Shown in pieces: positions 19,819 to 29,666 of a stretch of DNA of 64,000 nucleotides. Under the pieces are notes generated by a model. That model saw only the letters and a program-made list of their open reading frames with translations. It searched no databases and had not been told where the DNA came from. Where the stretch lies: the NCBI GenBank assembly GCA_963675595.2, contig CAXXLZ010000002.1:4000001-4064000 (forward strand). Direction: 5' to 3'. The translations under genes and the position numbers were made by a program. The number at the start of each line of letters is the position of its first letter. Within the stretch, counting starts at the first letter, position 1. Origin of the DNA: Thermodesulfobacteriota bacterium (GTDB taxonomy: Bacteria; Desulfobacterota; Desulfarculia; JACQYL01).

Positions 19819-20390
19819 ATCCGTTATTCCTTTCCTGAACTGTCATAATCTGCCTCGAACGGGGATATACTCCGGCGACATGGCAGGGACAGGATATTCC
19901 ATTCCGACTTCAAGCCGGCAAATGACGGAATTGCTGGTGTTCCGGGTTACAGCCGAGCAGAAAGCAGAGAACTGCTGCGGGAAAAGACCCTTGATCGGTC
20001 CTGTCCGTGTTGCGATGAAAACACGAAACGAACCCTCGTCGAAAGTCTCTCTTTCGGAGGTGGAGGGAATCAGCCGAACCCGATCCACCGATAAGTACCG
20101 CTTCGTACAAGCGCGGTTTTCGGCGAGCCGATAAGGCAGGACCCAACCTCAGCCCGAGACACGACTCACGGTTCAGCGGCACCCAAAAACACACCGCCTT
20201 GCTTCGAACGGATCGCGAATCGCGGGCAACAAATCCGTCCCGGTTGAGGACACCAACGACATACCGCAGTGTTCACTCGGAATCGGACCTTCTGGCTCAT
20301 TCTATACCATACGAAAGCTGCAAAGGATTGTCCAGCAGATTACTTGGGCGGGAGAGAAAGAAAGTCGAGGGGAGGGAAGGATTGACCTGA

Positions 20391-20426
20391 AAATGAATAG
20401 CCATTCATTTGGATTCGGGTTATACT
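20391..20426 (+). promoter_or_regulatory. Palindromic operator overlapping a putative sigma70 promoter of the thiolase gene
   Basis: AAATGAAT-N4-ATTCATTT perfect inverted repeat (20391-20410); TAGCCA-17bp-TATACT (20398-20426). Confidence 0.6.
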
Positions 20427-20662
20427 GCGCCCCACGCATCAAAACACCGATTGATGAAGCCGCCGAAGACCGACCCCGATGAACCGCCTTGGAGCGCCAC
20501 CCACCGTTCACGGCGTTTACATACACCGGAGTCGAATCTCGGGGCATCGGCGGCACGGATATATTCCGGACGTGCGTCCCGGGGACTTTCCGCCGAATAT
20601 CTCGTTGGAGAGCCGAACAAGCGCATCAAACCGATGCGGAAACTCGATCTGAGGAGGACATA

Positions 20663-21862
20663 ATGAAAAAAGATACCGACGTTGTTATCGTTTCCTACGC
20701 TCGCACCCCCATTGCCAAATTCGGTGGAAGCCTCGCGTCCTTGAGGGCCTTCGAACTGGCCGGAGTAGCCATGGAGACTGCGGTGGCTCGTGCGGGCATC
20801 GAAAAGAGCCTATTGGACGACGTAATCATGGGGGACTGCATTCAGGCTCCGTCGGAAGCCAATACGGCCCGCACTGCGGCTTTGCATATCGGAATCCCCG
20901 TTGAAGTGCCCGCGGTCACCATTCAACGCCAATGCTCTTCGGCCATGCAGGCCGTCATTTTCGGCAGCCAGCAGATCATGTGCGGAGATTCCGAGGTGGT
21001 GCTTGCCGGTGGAACGGAATCCATGAGCAACGCCCCTTACGCCCTACCCTCCGCCCGATGGGGGCAAAGGCTTCAGCATGGCGAAATGATGGACATCGTG
21101 TGGGAAATCCTCTATTCCGGGAGCCGGGCTCTGGACGATCCCATCATCATGGGCCAGACTGCGGAAAACTTGGCCGACCAGTACGGAATTTCCCGCGAAG
21201 AGCAGGACGAAGTGGCGTTGAGAAGCCATAACAACGCCGAAGCCGCCATAATAGCGGGAAGGTTCAAAGATGAGATCGTCCCCGTGGTGATCAAGAACCC
21301 GAAAAAGGGCGATACCGTTGTGGATACGGACGAACATGTGCGCATGGGTCTAAAGATGGAAGACATTTCACGTTTGAAACCCGTATTCAAGAAGGACGGC
21401 ACCGTCACTGCGGGCAATTCTTCCGGCCTGAACGACGGCGCCGCCGCCATGATCATCATGTCCCGCGCCAAAGCTCGTGATTTGGGGGTCTCGCCCATCG
21501 CGCGGATCGTTAATCATGCGTTGGCGGGCGTGGATCCCAAAATCATGGGATACGGCCCCGTACCGGCAACGACCAAGTTGCTTAAGAAGGCGGGGGTGGC
21601 CCTGGCGGATATCGAGCTCATCGAACTGAACGAAGCGTTTGCCGCACAGTACCTGGCCTGCGAGAAGGGGTTGGGGCTGAATCGGGAGATCGTCAACGTC
21701 AACGGCAGCGGCATCGGGCTCGGCCATCCCGTGGGATGCACCGGCGCCCGGATCATGATTTCCTTGCTGGAGGAGATGAAACGACGCGGCAGCGGTGTGG
21801 GTTTGGCCACTTTGTGCGTGGGCGGCGGCATGGGGGCCGCGACTCTTCTGGAACTGGAATAA
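20663..21862 (+). CDS. Acetyl-CoA C-acetyltransferase (thiolase)
   Basis: RQCSSA catalytic Cys, GNSSGLNDGA, ELNEAFA, GHPVG, LCVGGGMG; RBS GAGGAGG. Confidence 0.95.
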   Translation: MKKDTDVVIVSYARTPIAKFGGSLASLRAFELAGVAMETAVARAGIEKSLLDDVIMGDCIQAPSEANTARTAALHIGIPVEVPAVTIQRQCSSAMQAVIFGSQQIMCGDSEVVLAGGTESMSNAPYALPSARWGQRLQHGEMMDIVWEILYSGSRALDDPIIMGQTAENLADQYGISREEQDEVALRSHNNAEAAIIAGRFKDEIVPVVIKNPKKGDTVVDTDEHVRMGLKMEDISRLKPVFKKDGTVTAGNSSGLNDGAAAMIIMSRAKARDLGVSPIARIVNHALAGVDPKIMGYGPVPATTKLLKKAGVALADIELIELNEAFAAQYLACEKGLGLNREIVNVNGSGIGLGHPVGCTGARIMISLLEEMKRRGSGVGLATLCVGGGMGAATLLELE

Positions 21863-21877
21863 GAGAGGTCGTCCATG

Positions 21878-21908
21878 AAGGAGCGCCCTGCGCAGGGCGC
21901 TCCTTTCT
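21878..21908 (+). terminator. Terminator-like hairpin after thiolase
   Basis: Perfect 28-bp palindrome AAGGAGCGCCCTGC/GCAGGGCGCTCCTT ending in a short T-rich tail. Confidence 0.7.
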
Positions 21909-21997
21909 ATGATGTATTATCGGGCTCCGGGTAGTCTGTGCGCCGCCCCTGAGCTGAGGGGCGGGATTGGGTCATGGGCCAAAGAAGGGAGAGCATT

Positions 21998-22759
21998 ATG
22001 AGTTTGTCGGTGGATCTCAAAGGAAAGACCGCCCTGGTCACCGGGGGAAGTCGAGGACTGGGAAAGGGAATTGCCCTGGCTCTGGGCCGGAACGGCGCAC
22101 GAGTGGCCGTATTCGGAAGGAAACAGGAAAACCTGGATCAGGCTTTGAGCGATTTGAAGGCCCAGGGTGTCGACGCCGTTGGTATGACGGCCAAAGTGGG
22201 CGATCCGGACCAAGTTGCCGACGTCTTTTCAGCCGTGAGGAAAGAGTTCGGACGATTGGACATTCTGGTCAACAACGTCGGCATGAACATTTTCACTCCT
22301 TCGGTGATGGAAGCGGAACTTGGGCTTTGGAACAAGACCCTTGAGACCAACCTGACCGGGGTGTTCTTGTGCAGCCGTGAAGCGGTCGGGCTCATGAAGG
22401 AACAGGGCGGGGGCAAGATCGTCAATATTTCCTCGCTGGCCGGAACCCGTGCCGAAACCGGGTTGGGAATTTATTGCGTGGCCAAGGCCGCGGTGGAGAT
22501 GCTCACCCGGGTAATGGCCAAAGAACTGGCCCTCTCCAATATCCAGGTGAACGCCGTGGCACCCTCCGTGGTAAGGACGGATTTCAGCAAGCCGCTGTGG
22601 AACAATGAGGAAATTCTGAAACAAATTCTGAAGACCATACCCATGGGCCGCATTGCCGAAGTGGACGATGTGGTCGGTACGGTCTTGTTCTTGGCGTCTC
22701 CTGCCGCCGACTTCATCACCGGGGCGGTAATTCCGGTGGACGGGGGATCGCTTACGTAA
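21998..22759 (+). CDS. Short-chain dehydrogenase/reductase
   Basis: TGGSRGLG, NNVG, NISS, YCVAK, VNAVAP, VDGG. Confidence 0.93.
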   Translation: MSLSVDLKGKTALVTGGSRGLGKGIALALGRNGARVAVFGRKQENLDQALSDLKAQGVDAVGMTAKVGDPDQVADVFSAVRKEFGRLDILVNNVGMNIFTPSVMEAELGLWNKTLETNLTGVFLCSREAVGLMKEQGGGKIVNISSLAGTRAETGLGIYCVAKAAVEMLTRVMAKELALSNIQVNAVAPSVVRTDFSKPLWNNEEILKQILKTIPMGRIAEVDDVVGTVLFLASPAADFITGAVIPVDGGSLT

Positions 22760-22800
22760 AGCCGAACAACCGAGGGAATCCTGACCCCTCGGAATCGCGG

Positions 22801-23892
22801 ATGGATATGAAGATTGCGCTTATTCGCCGGGAATATACCGATTTCGGCGGTGCGGAACGGTATTTGGCGGCGCTGGCCAACGCACTGTGCGATGTGGGGC
22901 ACGAGGTGCATATTCTAGCGGGACGGTGGAAGTCGGGAGACACGCGTCTCCGCTTCCATCAGGTCCGAACGGCACCGGGGCCCGGTTTCGTCAAGATTCT
23001 CTCTTTCGCCCGAAATTGCCTGCATTTGACTTCCCAAGGCCGGTATGACATCATTCACAGCTTCGAACGTACGCTGAAACAGGACGTGTACCGGGCGGGG
23101 GACGGTTGTCATAAAGAATGGTTGATCCAACGCCGTCAGGCGGACTCACTGCCGAAAAGATGGTCCTACAGGCTTAATCCGCTTCATTTGACGTACCTTT
23201 ATCTGGAGAAAAGGCTGTTTGCGGACCCTCGACTGCAAAGGGTCATTGCCAATTCCCACCGAGGCAAGAGGGAAATCGTAAGTCATTACGGTGTGTCGCC
23301 GGAGCGCATTTGCGTTATTCACAACGGTGTGGACCGGACCCTGTTGAAACGATCCGCCGCTTCGCCGCCCGCCGATGTTCCCTGGAAAAGTTTCATTTTG
23401 TTCGTGGGATCGGGCTTTGAACGCAAAGGGTTGACCACGGCGATCCGGGCCGTGGCCATGCTTGACGACCCTGCCGCCCGATTGGTTGTTGTGGGGAAGG
23501 ATCGTCCGGCTCCGTACGCGGCTTTGGCCTCGAAACTGGGGGCCGGTGAGCGGGTCTTCTTTGCGGGTCCACGTCGGGAAGTGGGCTCCTTCTACAGAGC
23601 GGCGAGTGCTTTCGTGCTTCCTACCCTTTACGAGCCTTTCAGCAACGCTTGCCTGGAAGCTTCGGCGTTCGGGCTTCCCGTGGTGACGACTCGGGCCAAC
23701 GGTTTCTCGGAATGCCTCAAGGAGGGAGAAACCGGATATGTCCTGGAAGACCCTTTGGACGCCGAGTCGGCTGCTGCGGCTTTACGAAAAGCGCTCCGCG
23801 GCGGAAGAGTCGTTCCTCCGAATTATCCGACCATCGAGGACAATGTGAAGGAGATGCTCAAGGTATACGAGGATATCCGATGGCGGGGGTAG
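22801..23892 (+). CDS. Glycosyltransferase family 4 (WabG/WaaG-like LPS core)
   Basis: GGAERY, DVYRAGDGCH, FVGSGFERKGL, YEPFSNACLEA. Confidence 0.88.
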   Translation: MDMKIALIRREYTDFGGAERYLAALANALCDVGHEVHILAGRWKSGDTRLRFHQVRTAPGPGFVKILSFARNCLHLTSQGRYDIIHSFERTLKQDVYRAGDGCHKEWLIQRRQADSLPKRWSYRLNPLHLTYLYLEKRLFADPRLQRVIANSHRGKREIVSHYGVSPERICVIHNGVDRTLLKRSAASPPADVPWKSFILFVGSGFERKGLTTAIRAVAMLDDPAARLVVVGKDRPAPYAALASKLGAGERVFFAGPRREVGSFYRAASAFVLPTLYEPFSNACLEASAFGLPVVTTRANGFSECLKEGETGYVLEDPLDAESAAAALRKALRGGRVVPPNYPTIEDNVKEMLKVYEDIRWRG

Positions 23893-23894
23893 GA

Positions 23895-24641
23895 GTGTCG
23901 CGCATAACCCTTCCAATCCTGTATTACCATCGGGTGGACCGAGGCCTTCATCCCTCCAAGGGTGTCTCTCCCGGTTCCTTTTCCAGGCAAATGGCTTGGC
24001 TCCGTCGCATGGGGTACCAATCCGTCCGATTCGACGATCTGGCGGCGTATTTCGAAGACCGGGCACGGCTGCCCCGAAAACCCGTAATCATCACTTTTGA
24101 CGACGGCTACGAGGATAACTACCGACAGGCCTATCCGATCCTCCGGCATTTCGGTTTCACCGCGACGATCTTCCTGGTGACCGATCTCATCGGCCAAACG
24201 AGTTCCTGGATCGACAATCCCGAGGAGGTCCTCCCTTTGATGAACCTCGAACAGGTTCGGGAAATGCAATCCGAAGGATTTTCTTTCGGGTCGCACACTT
24301 GCGGCCATTCCTGCTTGGTCGAGGTCACCGATGAAAAGGCCCGGGATGAAATCTTCCGGTCGAAGCAAGACCTGGAGAACCTTCTCCAGGAAGAAGTGAC
24401 CAGCTTCTGCTATCCCTTCGGGGATTACAGCGATGCGGTGGTAGGCATGGTGCGGGAGGCCGGCTATCGGGCGGCACGGGTTGTGGACACCGACAACCGG
24501 CATGGGCGTTCCGACCTTCCGGCGCTCCGTTGCGTGAAAGTCAACGGCTACGTTCCTTTCACCAAATTCGCTTTCTATCTGACTCGTTGGTACCATTGGG
24601 AGGTCGTACTGCAGGAGCGCAGGCGGAAGACCGCTCAATAA
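23895..24641 (+). CDS. Polysaccharide deacetylase (NodB/CE4)
   Basis: PILYYH, ITFDDGY, GSHTCGH, FCYPFG. Start GTG 23895 or ATG 23880. Confidence 0.9.
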   Translation: MSRITLPILYYHRVDRGLHPSKGVSPGSFSRQMAWLRRMGYQSVRFDDLAAYFEDRARLPRKPVIITFDDGYEDNYRQAYPILRHFGFTATIFLVTDLIGQTSSWIDNPEEVLPLMNLEQVREMQSEGFSFGSHTCGHSCLVEVTDEKARDEIFRSKQDLENLLQEEVTSFCYPFGDYSDAVVGMVREAGYRAARVVDTDNRHGRSDLPALRCVKVNGYVPFTKFAFYLTRWYHWEVVLQERRRKTAQ

Positions 24642-24872
24642 TTAGTTTAGGGGGATGAGTGGGCGTCACCGGGTTCACGCGATCCGGCGCATCGGGGCCG
24701 CTCATCCCCAGAGAATCCGGCCGGCGGTCCGAGAACGGTTTTCCGGACCGAGGCCTCCTTAACAGCCCTGAAGGTTTCTAAACGTCGGACTTTGGGGCGG
24801 CGGTTTATTCTCGTCCTTTTCGCCCGTTCCGGGCCCCTTTTTTCAAGTGCTTTTCGGCATCGGAGACCGGTA

Positions 24873-26051
24873 GTGAAGCGCATCGCCATGATCGGACCCG
24901 AACTGACTCCTGTTCCGCCCATCAGGGGCGGGGCCACGGAGAACTGGATCGACAACGTCTGTAGACGTATTCAACGGTATCAATGCACGATTTTCTGTCC
25001 GTCGGATCCTGCGTTGGCCCCTCGGGAACGCCTGGACGGAGTGGAATACGTACGAGTACCGGCGGGAAAATGGCGGAGGCGTGTTGCGGAATGGCGTCAC
25101 CGCCCGGATTTCACCTACGCGAAACGCGTGGCGAGGGAGTTGGATCGGCTGAAACCGGATCTGGTTCACGTACAAAATCGTCCGCTCATCGCAGCCTACT
25201 TGAAAGATCGTCTTCCCGCAAGAGTGCCGGTTCTTCTCCACATGCACAACCTGTACGAGTACCTTGGAAAATACGAACGTCCCTCCGATGCTTCGGGGGC
25301 TCCCCTGGACGGTTTCTTGGCCGTCAGTCGGTTCGTCCTCGATCGGGAACGAAACCGGCTTGGGGCCTTGGCGGGTTGGTCGAGCGTCCTGAACAACGGT
25401 GTAGACACGGATCTGTATTCTCCGGAAAACCGTTTCAATCTTATGCCCCTTCAGGGGCTCTCAGGGAAACGGGTGGTTCTGTATACGGGGAAATTACGGG
25501 AGGGCAAAGGGGTCACTCTGCTTTTCCGGGCGATGAAGACCGTCTTCGAAAACTACCCGAAGGGCGAATTGATCTTATTGTTGGTGGGAGGCACCAATTT
25601 CGGACGCAAACGGAGCGATCGGAAGACCGATTACTACATGGAACTCATGGACATGGTTCGGGATTACGGGGACCGAGTGGTGGTGACGGGCTTTGTCACA
25701 CCCCGGGACATTCCCCCCTACTACGGGCTTGGAACCGTTTATGTGTGCCCGTCCCAGCTTGAGGAGGGGTTTCCGTCCGTGTTGCTCGAAGCCATGTCTT
25801 CGGGTTTGCCGGTGATCTCCACCCGGATGGGCGGCATTCCGGAACTGATCCGGCATGGCGAGAACGGTCTGCTCATGGAACGGGCGGACGATCCTGCCGA
25901 GCTGTCCCGCCTGATTATCGGACTCCTTGACGATCCCGACAGGCGGGATGTTTTGGGGAAGCGTGGTCGCGAGACCGTAATCGGATCCTTTTCCTGGCGG
26001 ATCTTGGCCGAGAACACCGAGTCTGTTTACGGGCGGTTTCTGAAGGAGTAA
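24873..26051 (+). CDS. Glycosyltransferase family 4
   Basis: PVPPIRGGATE, NNGVD, EEGFPSVLLEAM (ExxxxxxxE), GGIPE. Confidence 0.88.
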   Translation: MKRIAMIGPELTPVPPIRGGATENWIDNVCRRIQRYQCTIFCPSDPALAPRERLDGVEYVRVPAGKWRRRVAEWRHRPDFTYAKRVARELDRLKPDLVHVQNRPLIAAYLKDRLPARVPVLLHMHNLYEYLGKYERPSDASGAPLDGFLAVSRFVLDRERNRLGALAGWSSVLNNGVDTDLYSPENRFNLMPLQGLSGKRVVLYTGKLREGKGVTLLFRAMKTVFENYPKGELILLLVGGTNFGRKRSDRKTDYYMELMDMVRDYGDRVVVTGFVTPRDIPPYYGLGTVYVCPSQLEEGFPSVLLEAMSSGLPVISTRMGGIPELIRHGENGLLMERADDPAELSRLIIGLLDDPDRRDVLGKRGRETVIGSFSWRILAENTESVYGRFLKE

Positions 26052-26053
26052 CC

Positions 26054-27193
26054 GTGGGAATTTGGAACCGACTTGTTTCCTCCGCCTTGAGGAAGGCCTA
26101 TCTGGCAAAGGCCAAGAAATCTCCCCCCATCGGTCTTGAACAAATCCAAACCGACCGTGTGGAGCGCATCCTGCTGGTTTCCAGCACGGCCATCGGGGAC
26201 ACTCTCCTATCCACTCCCGCCATCCGGGCCCTGAAAAAGGGATTCCCGAACCGATTCCTGGGGCTGGTCTGCCACACACGCAACAGGGAACTGGTGGAAC
26301 ACAATCCCTACCTCGACAAGATACATACCTGCCGGAGCAAGTTTTTCGGTATGCGGAACCTGGTTCGAGAACTGCGGGACACGGGCTATCAACTCGGAGT
26401 GGTCCTCCACGGTAATGATCCGGAGTCACTTCCCATGTGTTATGAAGCGGGAATCCGGACCATTATTGGGAGTGATCAGAGCCGCTTTCGATTTCTGACT
26501 TCGGATCCCGTATCGGTGGGGGACCCCTTCAGACACGCCATCGAACGACGTCTGGACTACGTCCGCCTCCTCGGCGTGGAAGCGGACGGCGTGCACATGG
26601 ACCTGATGGTTTCGGAAGAGGACGAGCGAATCGGGTGCGAAATATTACACTCCCGCCTTAAGGGCCCGTCGGGTCCTTTGGTAGCCTTTCATCCTGCGGG
26701 CTCCGGTTCTTACAAGTGGTGGCCCGCGGAGCGCTTTGCCGAGCTGGGACGTAGACTGGAAAGAGAATTCGGGGCTTCCATATTGGTCCTGACCGGTAGG
26801 AAGGAAGCGGACTTCGGAAATCGAATCGTAGAGGGTTGCGGGGGGGCCGCGTTGAACACCGCCGGGGAGTATGGACTCGCGCATGTGGCGGCCATGTTGA
26901 AGCGTTGCGCGTTGATGGTGACCACGGACAGCGGTCCCATGCATATGGCTCTCGCAATGAAGGTCCCCACCCTGGCGATCATCGGAGCGGATCATCCCTC
27001 GCGGATCGGTCCCTACGGGGTGGAGAACGCCCGGGTGCTGTACCGGGGATCGGAGGTCTGCCGTGAACCCCGCTGTTTGAGAGGGAAATGCCGGGATAAC
27101 GTGTGCATGAAAGCCATTGAAGTGGAGGATGTTTGGGCCTGCCTGACGGAGCGGTTTAAACGATTCATGATTTTCTCTAGGGTTTTTTGCTAG
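26054..27193 (+). CDS. Glycosyltransferase family 9 (heptosyltransferase-like)
   Basis: TAIGDTLLSTP, FHPAG..KWWP, TTDSGPMHMA. Confidence 0.88.
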   Translation: MGIWNRLVSSALRKAYLAKAKKSPPIGLEQIQTDRVERILLVSSTAIGDTLLSTPAIRALKKGFPNRFLGLVCHTRNRELVEHNPYLDKIHTCRSKFFGMRNLVRELRDTGYQLGVVLHGNDPESLPMCYEAGIRTIIGSDQSRFRFLTSDPVSVGDPFRHAIERRLDYVRLLGVEADGVHMDLMVSEEDERIGCEILHSRLKGPSGPLVAFHPAGSGSYKWWPAERFAELGRRLEREFGASILVLTGRKEADFGNRIVEGCGGAALNTAGEYGLAHVAAMLKRCALMVTTDSGPMHMALAMKVPTLAIIGADHPSRIGPYGVENARVLYRGSEVCREPRCLRGKCRDNVCMKAIEVEDVWACLTERFKRFMIFSRVFC

Positions 27194-27347
27194 GGTATAG
27201 ATCTTTACACTTGATTTTGTTGTTTTCTTCGGAAAGAATGGATTCGTGCACGGTCACTGGTAGATTGTCTCTCTTTTCTTAATGAAAGTCGTTCTTTTGC
27301 AGGAATAGCTCCCACGCCGATGGGAGCTTTTTACAGGAGGTGGCAGG

Positions 27348-27893
27348 TTGAGCATCCCCCGATTGCCCGGGCCCGGAAAGCTCGTGGTGAGCCTCCTGGG
27401 GAAGACCGATGAACGCATCCTGGAAGTTCGGGATCGAATGGAGCGGGAATTCGGGCGAGCGGACTTCACCAGCGACCTGCTGCCTTTTCACTGGACGGAT
27501 TATTATCAAGCTGAGTTTGGTGCGCCGTTGGTGCGCCGTTTCTTATCCTTCGAGCCGTTGATGGAGCAGGACAAGCTGGTGGAAGCCAAGATCCGGACCA
27601 ATGAGATTGAGAGAGATTTTTCAGAGACTGGGATGCGTACGGTGAATTTAGACCCCGGAATCTTGACCCAGGCCCGCTTGGTGTTGGCAACGGGCAAGGA
27701 TCACGCCCACCGGATATATCTTGGTGAAGGAATCTTCGCCGACCTGACGCTCATTTACAGGAATAAGTCTTTTCGCCCTCTTGCCTGGACGTTCCCCGAT
27801 TATGCGGACGAGACCATTATTCGCCTCATGAACGGAATTCGTGACGCGTACAGCCGTCAAATGAAGGCACGGGTTTCGGAGGAAGTACAATGA
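27348..27893 (+). CDS. DUF4416-family protein
   Basis: TDYY..EFG..L.RRF, RTVNLDPG, LATGKDHAHRIYLGEGIFA, WTFPDY; position upstream of yicC. Confidence 0.75.
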   Translation: MSIPRLPGPGKLVVSLLGKTDERILEVRDRMEREFGRADFTSDLLPFHWTDYYQAEFGAPLVRRFLSFEPLMEQDKLVEAKIRTNEIERDFSETGMRTVNLDPGILTQARLVLATGKDHAHRIYLGEGIFADLTLIYRNKSFRPLAWTFPDYADETIIRLMNGIRDAYSRQMKARVSEEVQ

Positions 27894-28765
27894 AGAGCAT
27901 GACTTCTTTTGCTCGGGAAACGGTGCGTGTGGGCGGGGTGGACTACTTTCTGGAAATTCGGACCGTAAACGGCCGCTTCAGGGATATCACCCTGCGTTTG
28001 CCCAATCATCTTCGGGATTTGGAAGATCGTATCCGCAGGGAAGTGAGCGGAGAAGTCGACCGGGGCAGAATCCAGGTTTCCTTGATTGCAGGCGCTTCCG
28101 AAACGAAGGCCCCACAATTACAGGTGAATTTGGACCTAGCAAGACAGTATCTGGATGGATTGCGGGTACTTAAAGAGGAACTGAATCTCTCTGGAGAGAT
28201 TACGGTAGACTTGTTCACGCGTTTAAGAGATGTGCTCGTGTTGCAGTCACCGGAGGAAGATCAGGATACCGCTTGGTCGGAGTTGGTTCCCGGCCTGAAA
28301 CGGATTCTGGAATCTTTAAACCGTATGCGTTTGCTCGAGGGAGAGGTCCTGTCCAAGGACCTGGAGACTCGGGTCGATCTCATCGCCGAGCTGGTGGACC
28401 GCATCCGACAAAAGTCGGGAGAGGTGGTTCGGGCGTACGCGGAAAAGCTGACGGAGCGTATACGAGAGCTGGCTGAGGGAATCGAACCGGAAAGGGACCG
28501 AATCCTTCAGGAGGCGGCGTTGATGGCGGATCGGTGCGACATCACGGAAGAGGTGGTTCGGGTGGGCAGCCACGTGAAGCAGTTCAAGTCCTTGATGGCG
28601 CGTCCCGAGCCGGTGGGCAGGAAGTTGGAGTTCCTGATCCAGGAGTTGCACCGCGAAATCAACACCATCGGTTCGAAATCGCAGGATGCGGAGATTGCTC
28701 ACTGGGTTGTGGACGCCAAGAGTGAAATCGAAAAAATGCGGGAACAAGTTCAGAACGTGGAGTGA
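27890..28765 (+). CDS. yicC: YicC/YloC-family endoribonuclease
   Basis: [53 protein letters not shown]. Confidence 0.95.
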   Translation: MKSMTSFARETVRVGGVDYFLEIRTVNGRFRDITLRLPNHLRDLEDRIRREVSGEVDRGRIQVSLIAGASETKAPQLQVNLDLARQYLDGLRVLKEELNLSGEITVDLFTRLRDVLVLQSPEEDQDTAWSELVPGLKRILESLNRMRLLEGEVLSKDLETRVDLIAELVDRIRQKSGEVVRAYAEKLTERIRELAEGIEPERDRILQEAALMADRCDITEEVVRVGSHVKQFKSLMARPEPVGRKLEFLIQELHREINTIGSKSQDAEIAHWVVDAKSEIEKMREQVQNVE

Positions 28766-28782
28766 AAAGGGGAGGACACCAA

Positions 28783-29058
28783 ATGTCTGGAAGGTTACTG
28801 AACATCGGTTTTGGCAATTCCGTGGTGGCGGACCGTGTGGTTGCGATCGTGGCTCCGGGATCGGCTCCTATGAAGCGACTCAGGGAAGAAGCCAAAAAGG
28901 AAAAACGGCTTGTGGACGCCACTCAGGGCCGAAAGACCCGGTCCATCGTGGTGACGGACTCGAACCATGTAGTTCTGTCTGCGGTCCAGGCGGAGACCAT
29001 CGCCCAAAGGTTCAACAGCGACCTGCTTAAGAGCGTGGCGGGCTTGGACGAGAAGTAA
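28783..29058 (+). CDS. remA: DUF370 / RemA-family regulator
   Basis: [39 protein letters not shown]; RBS GGAGG. Confidence 0.88.
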   Translation: MSGRLLNIGFGNSVVADRVVAIVAPGSAPMKRLREEAKKEKRLVDATQGRKTRSIVVTDSNHVVLSAVQAETIAQRFNSDLLKSVAGLDEK

Positions 29059-29666
29059 TGCCTCGGAAGGGCGGACTGTTCGTCGTTTCAGCTCCCTCCG
29101 GCGCCGGGAAGACTACCTTGTGCCGGGGGCTGATGGAACCGGCCGCTCCCTTGGAATACTCGATTTCCTATACCACCCGTGAGCCGCGGGAGGGAGAGGT
29201 CCAAGGACGGGATTACAATTTTGTCTCAAGGGAGACCTTCGAGTCGCTGGTTTCGCAGTCGGCAATGGCGGAGTGGGCCGTCGTTCATGGGCATTTCTAC
29301 GGGACGCCCAAACCGGCCATTGATGCCGTTCTGGATTCCGGGCGCGATCTTCTGGCGGATGTGGACGTGCAGGGTAGTGTTTCGTTGAAGAAGAACTATC
29401 CCGAGGCGGTTCGCATCTTCATTCTTCCTCCCTCCATGGAGGAACTGGCTCGGAGGCTTCATAACCGAGGGAAGGACTCCCAGGAGGTCGTGGCCGGACG
29501 TTTGGCCGCAGCCCGGAAGGAGATCGAGGCTGCCGGCGCGTTCGATTACGCGGTGGTCAATGATCGTCTGGAACAAGCCCTCAACCGGTTGGTCGCCATT
29601 ATTACGGCTCATCGATGCCGCGTCGAAAATTCCCTGGACCTGATTTCCAAGCTGACCGGCCCGTGA
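29058..29666 (+). CDS. gmk: Guanylate kinase
   Basis: SAPSGAGKTT, SYTTREPREGE, YGT, DVDVQG, IFILPPS. Confidence 0.96.
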   Translation: MPRKGGLFVVSAPSGAGKTTLCRGLMEPAAPLEYSISYTTREPREGEVQGRDYNFVSRETFESLVSQSAMAEWAVVHGHFYGTPKPAIDAVLDSGRDLLADVDVQGSVSLKKNYPEAVRIFILPPSMEELARRLHNRGKDSQEVVAGRLAAARKEIEAAGAFDYAVVNDRLEQALNRLVAIITAHRCRVENSLDLISKLTGP

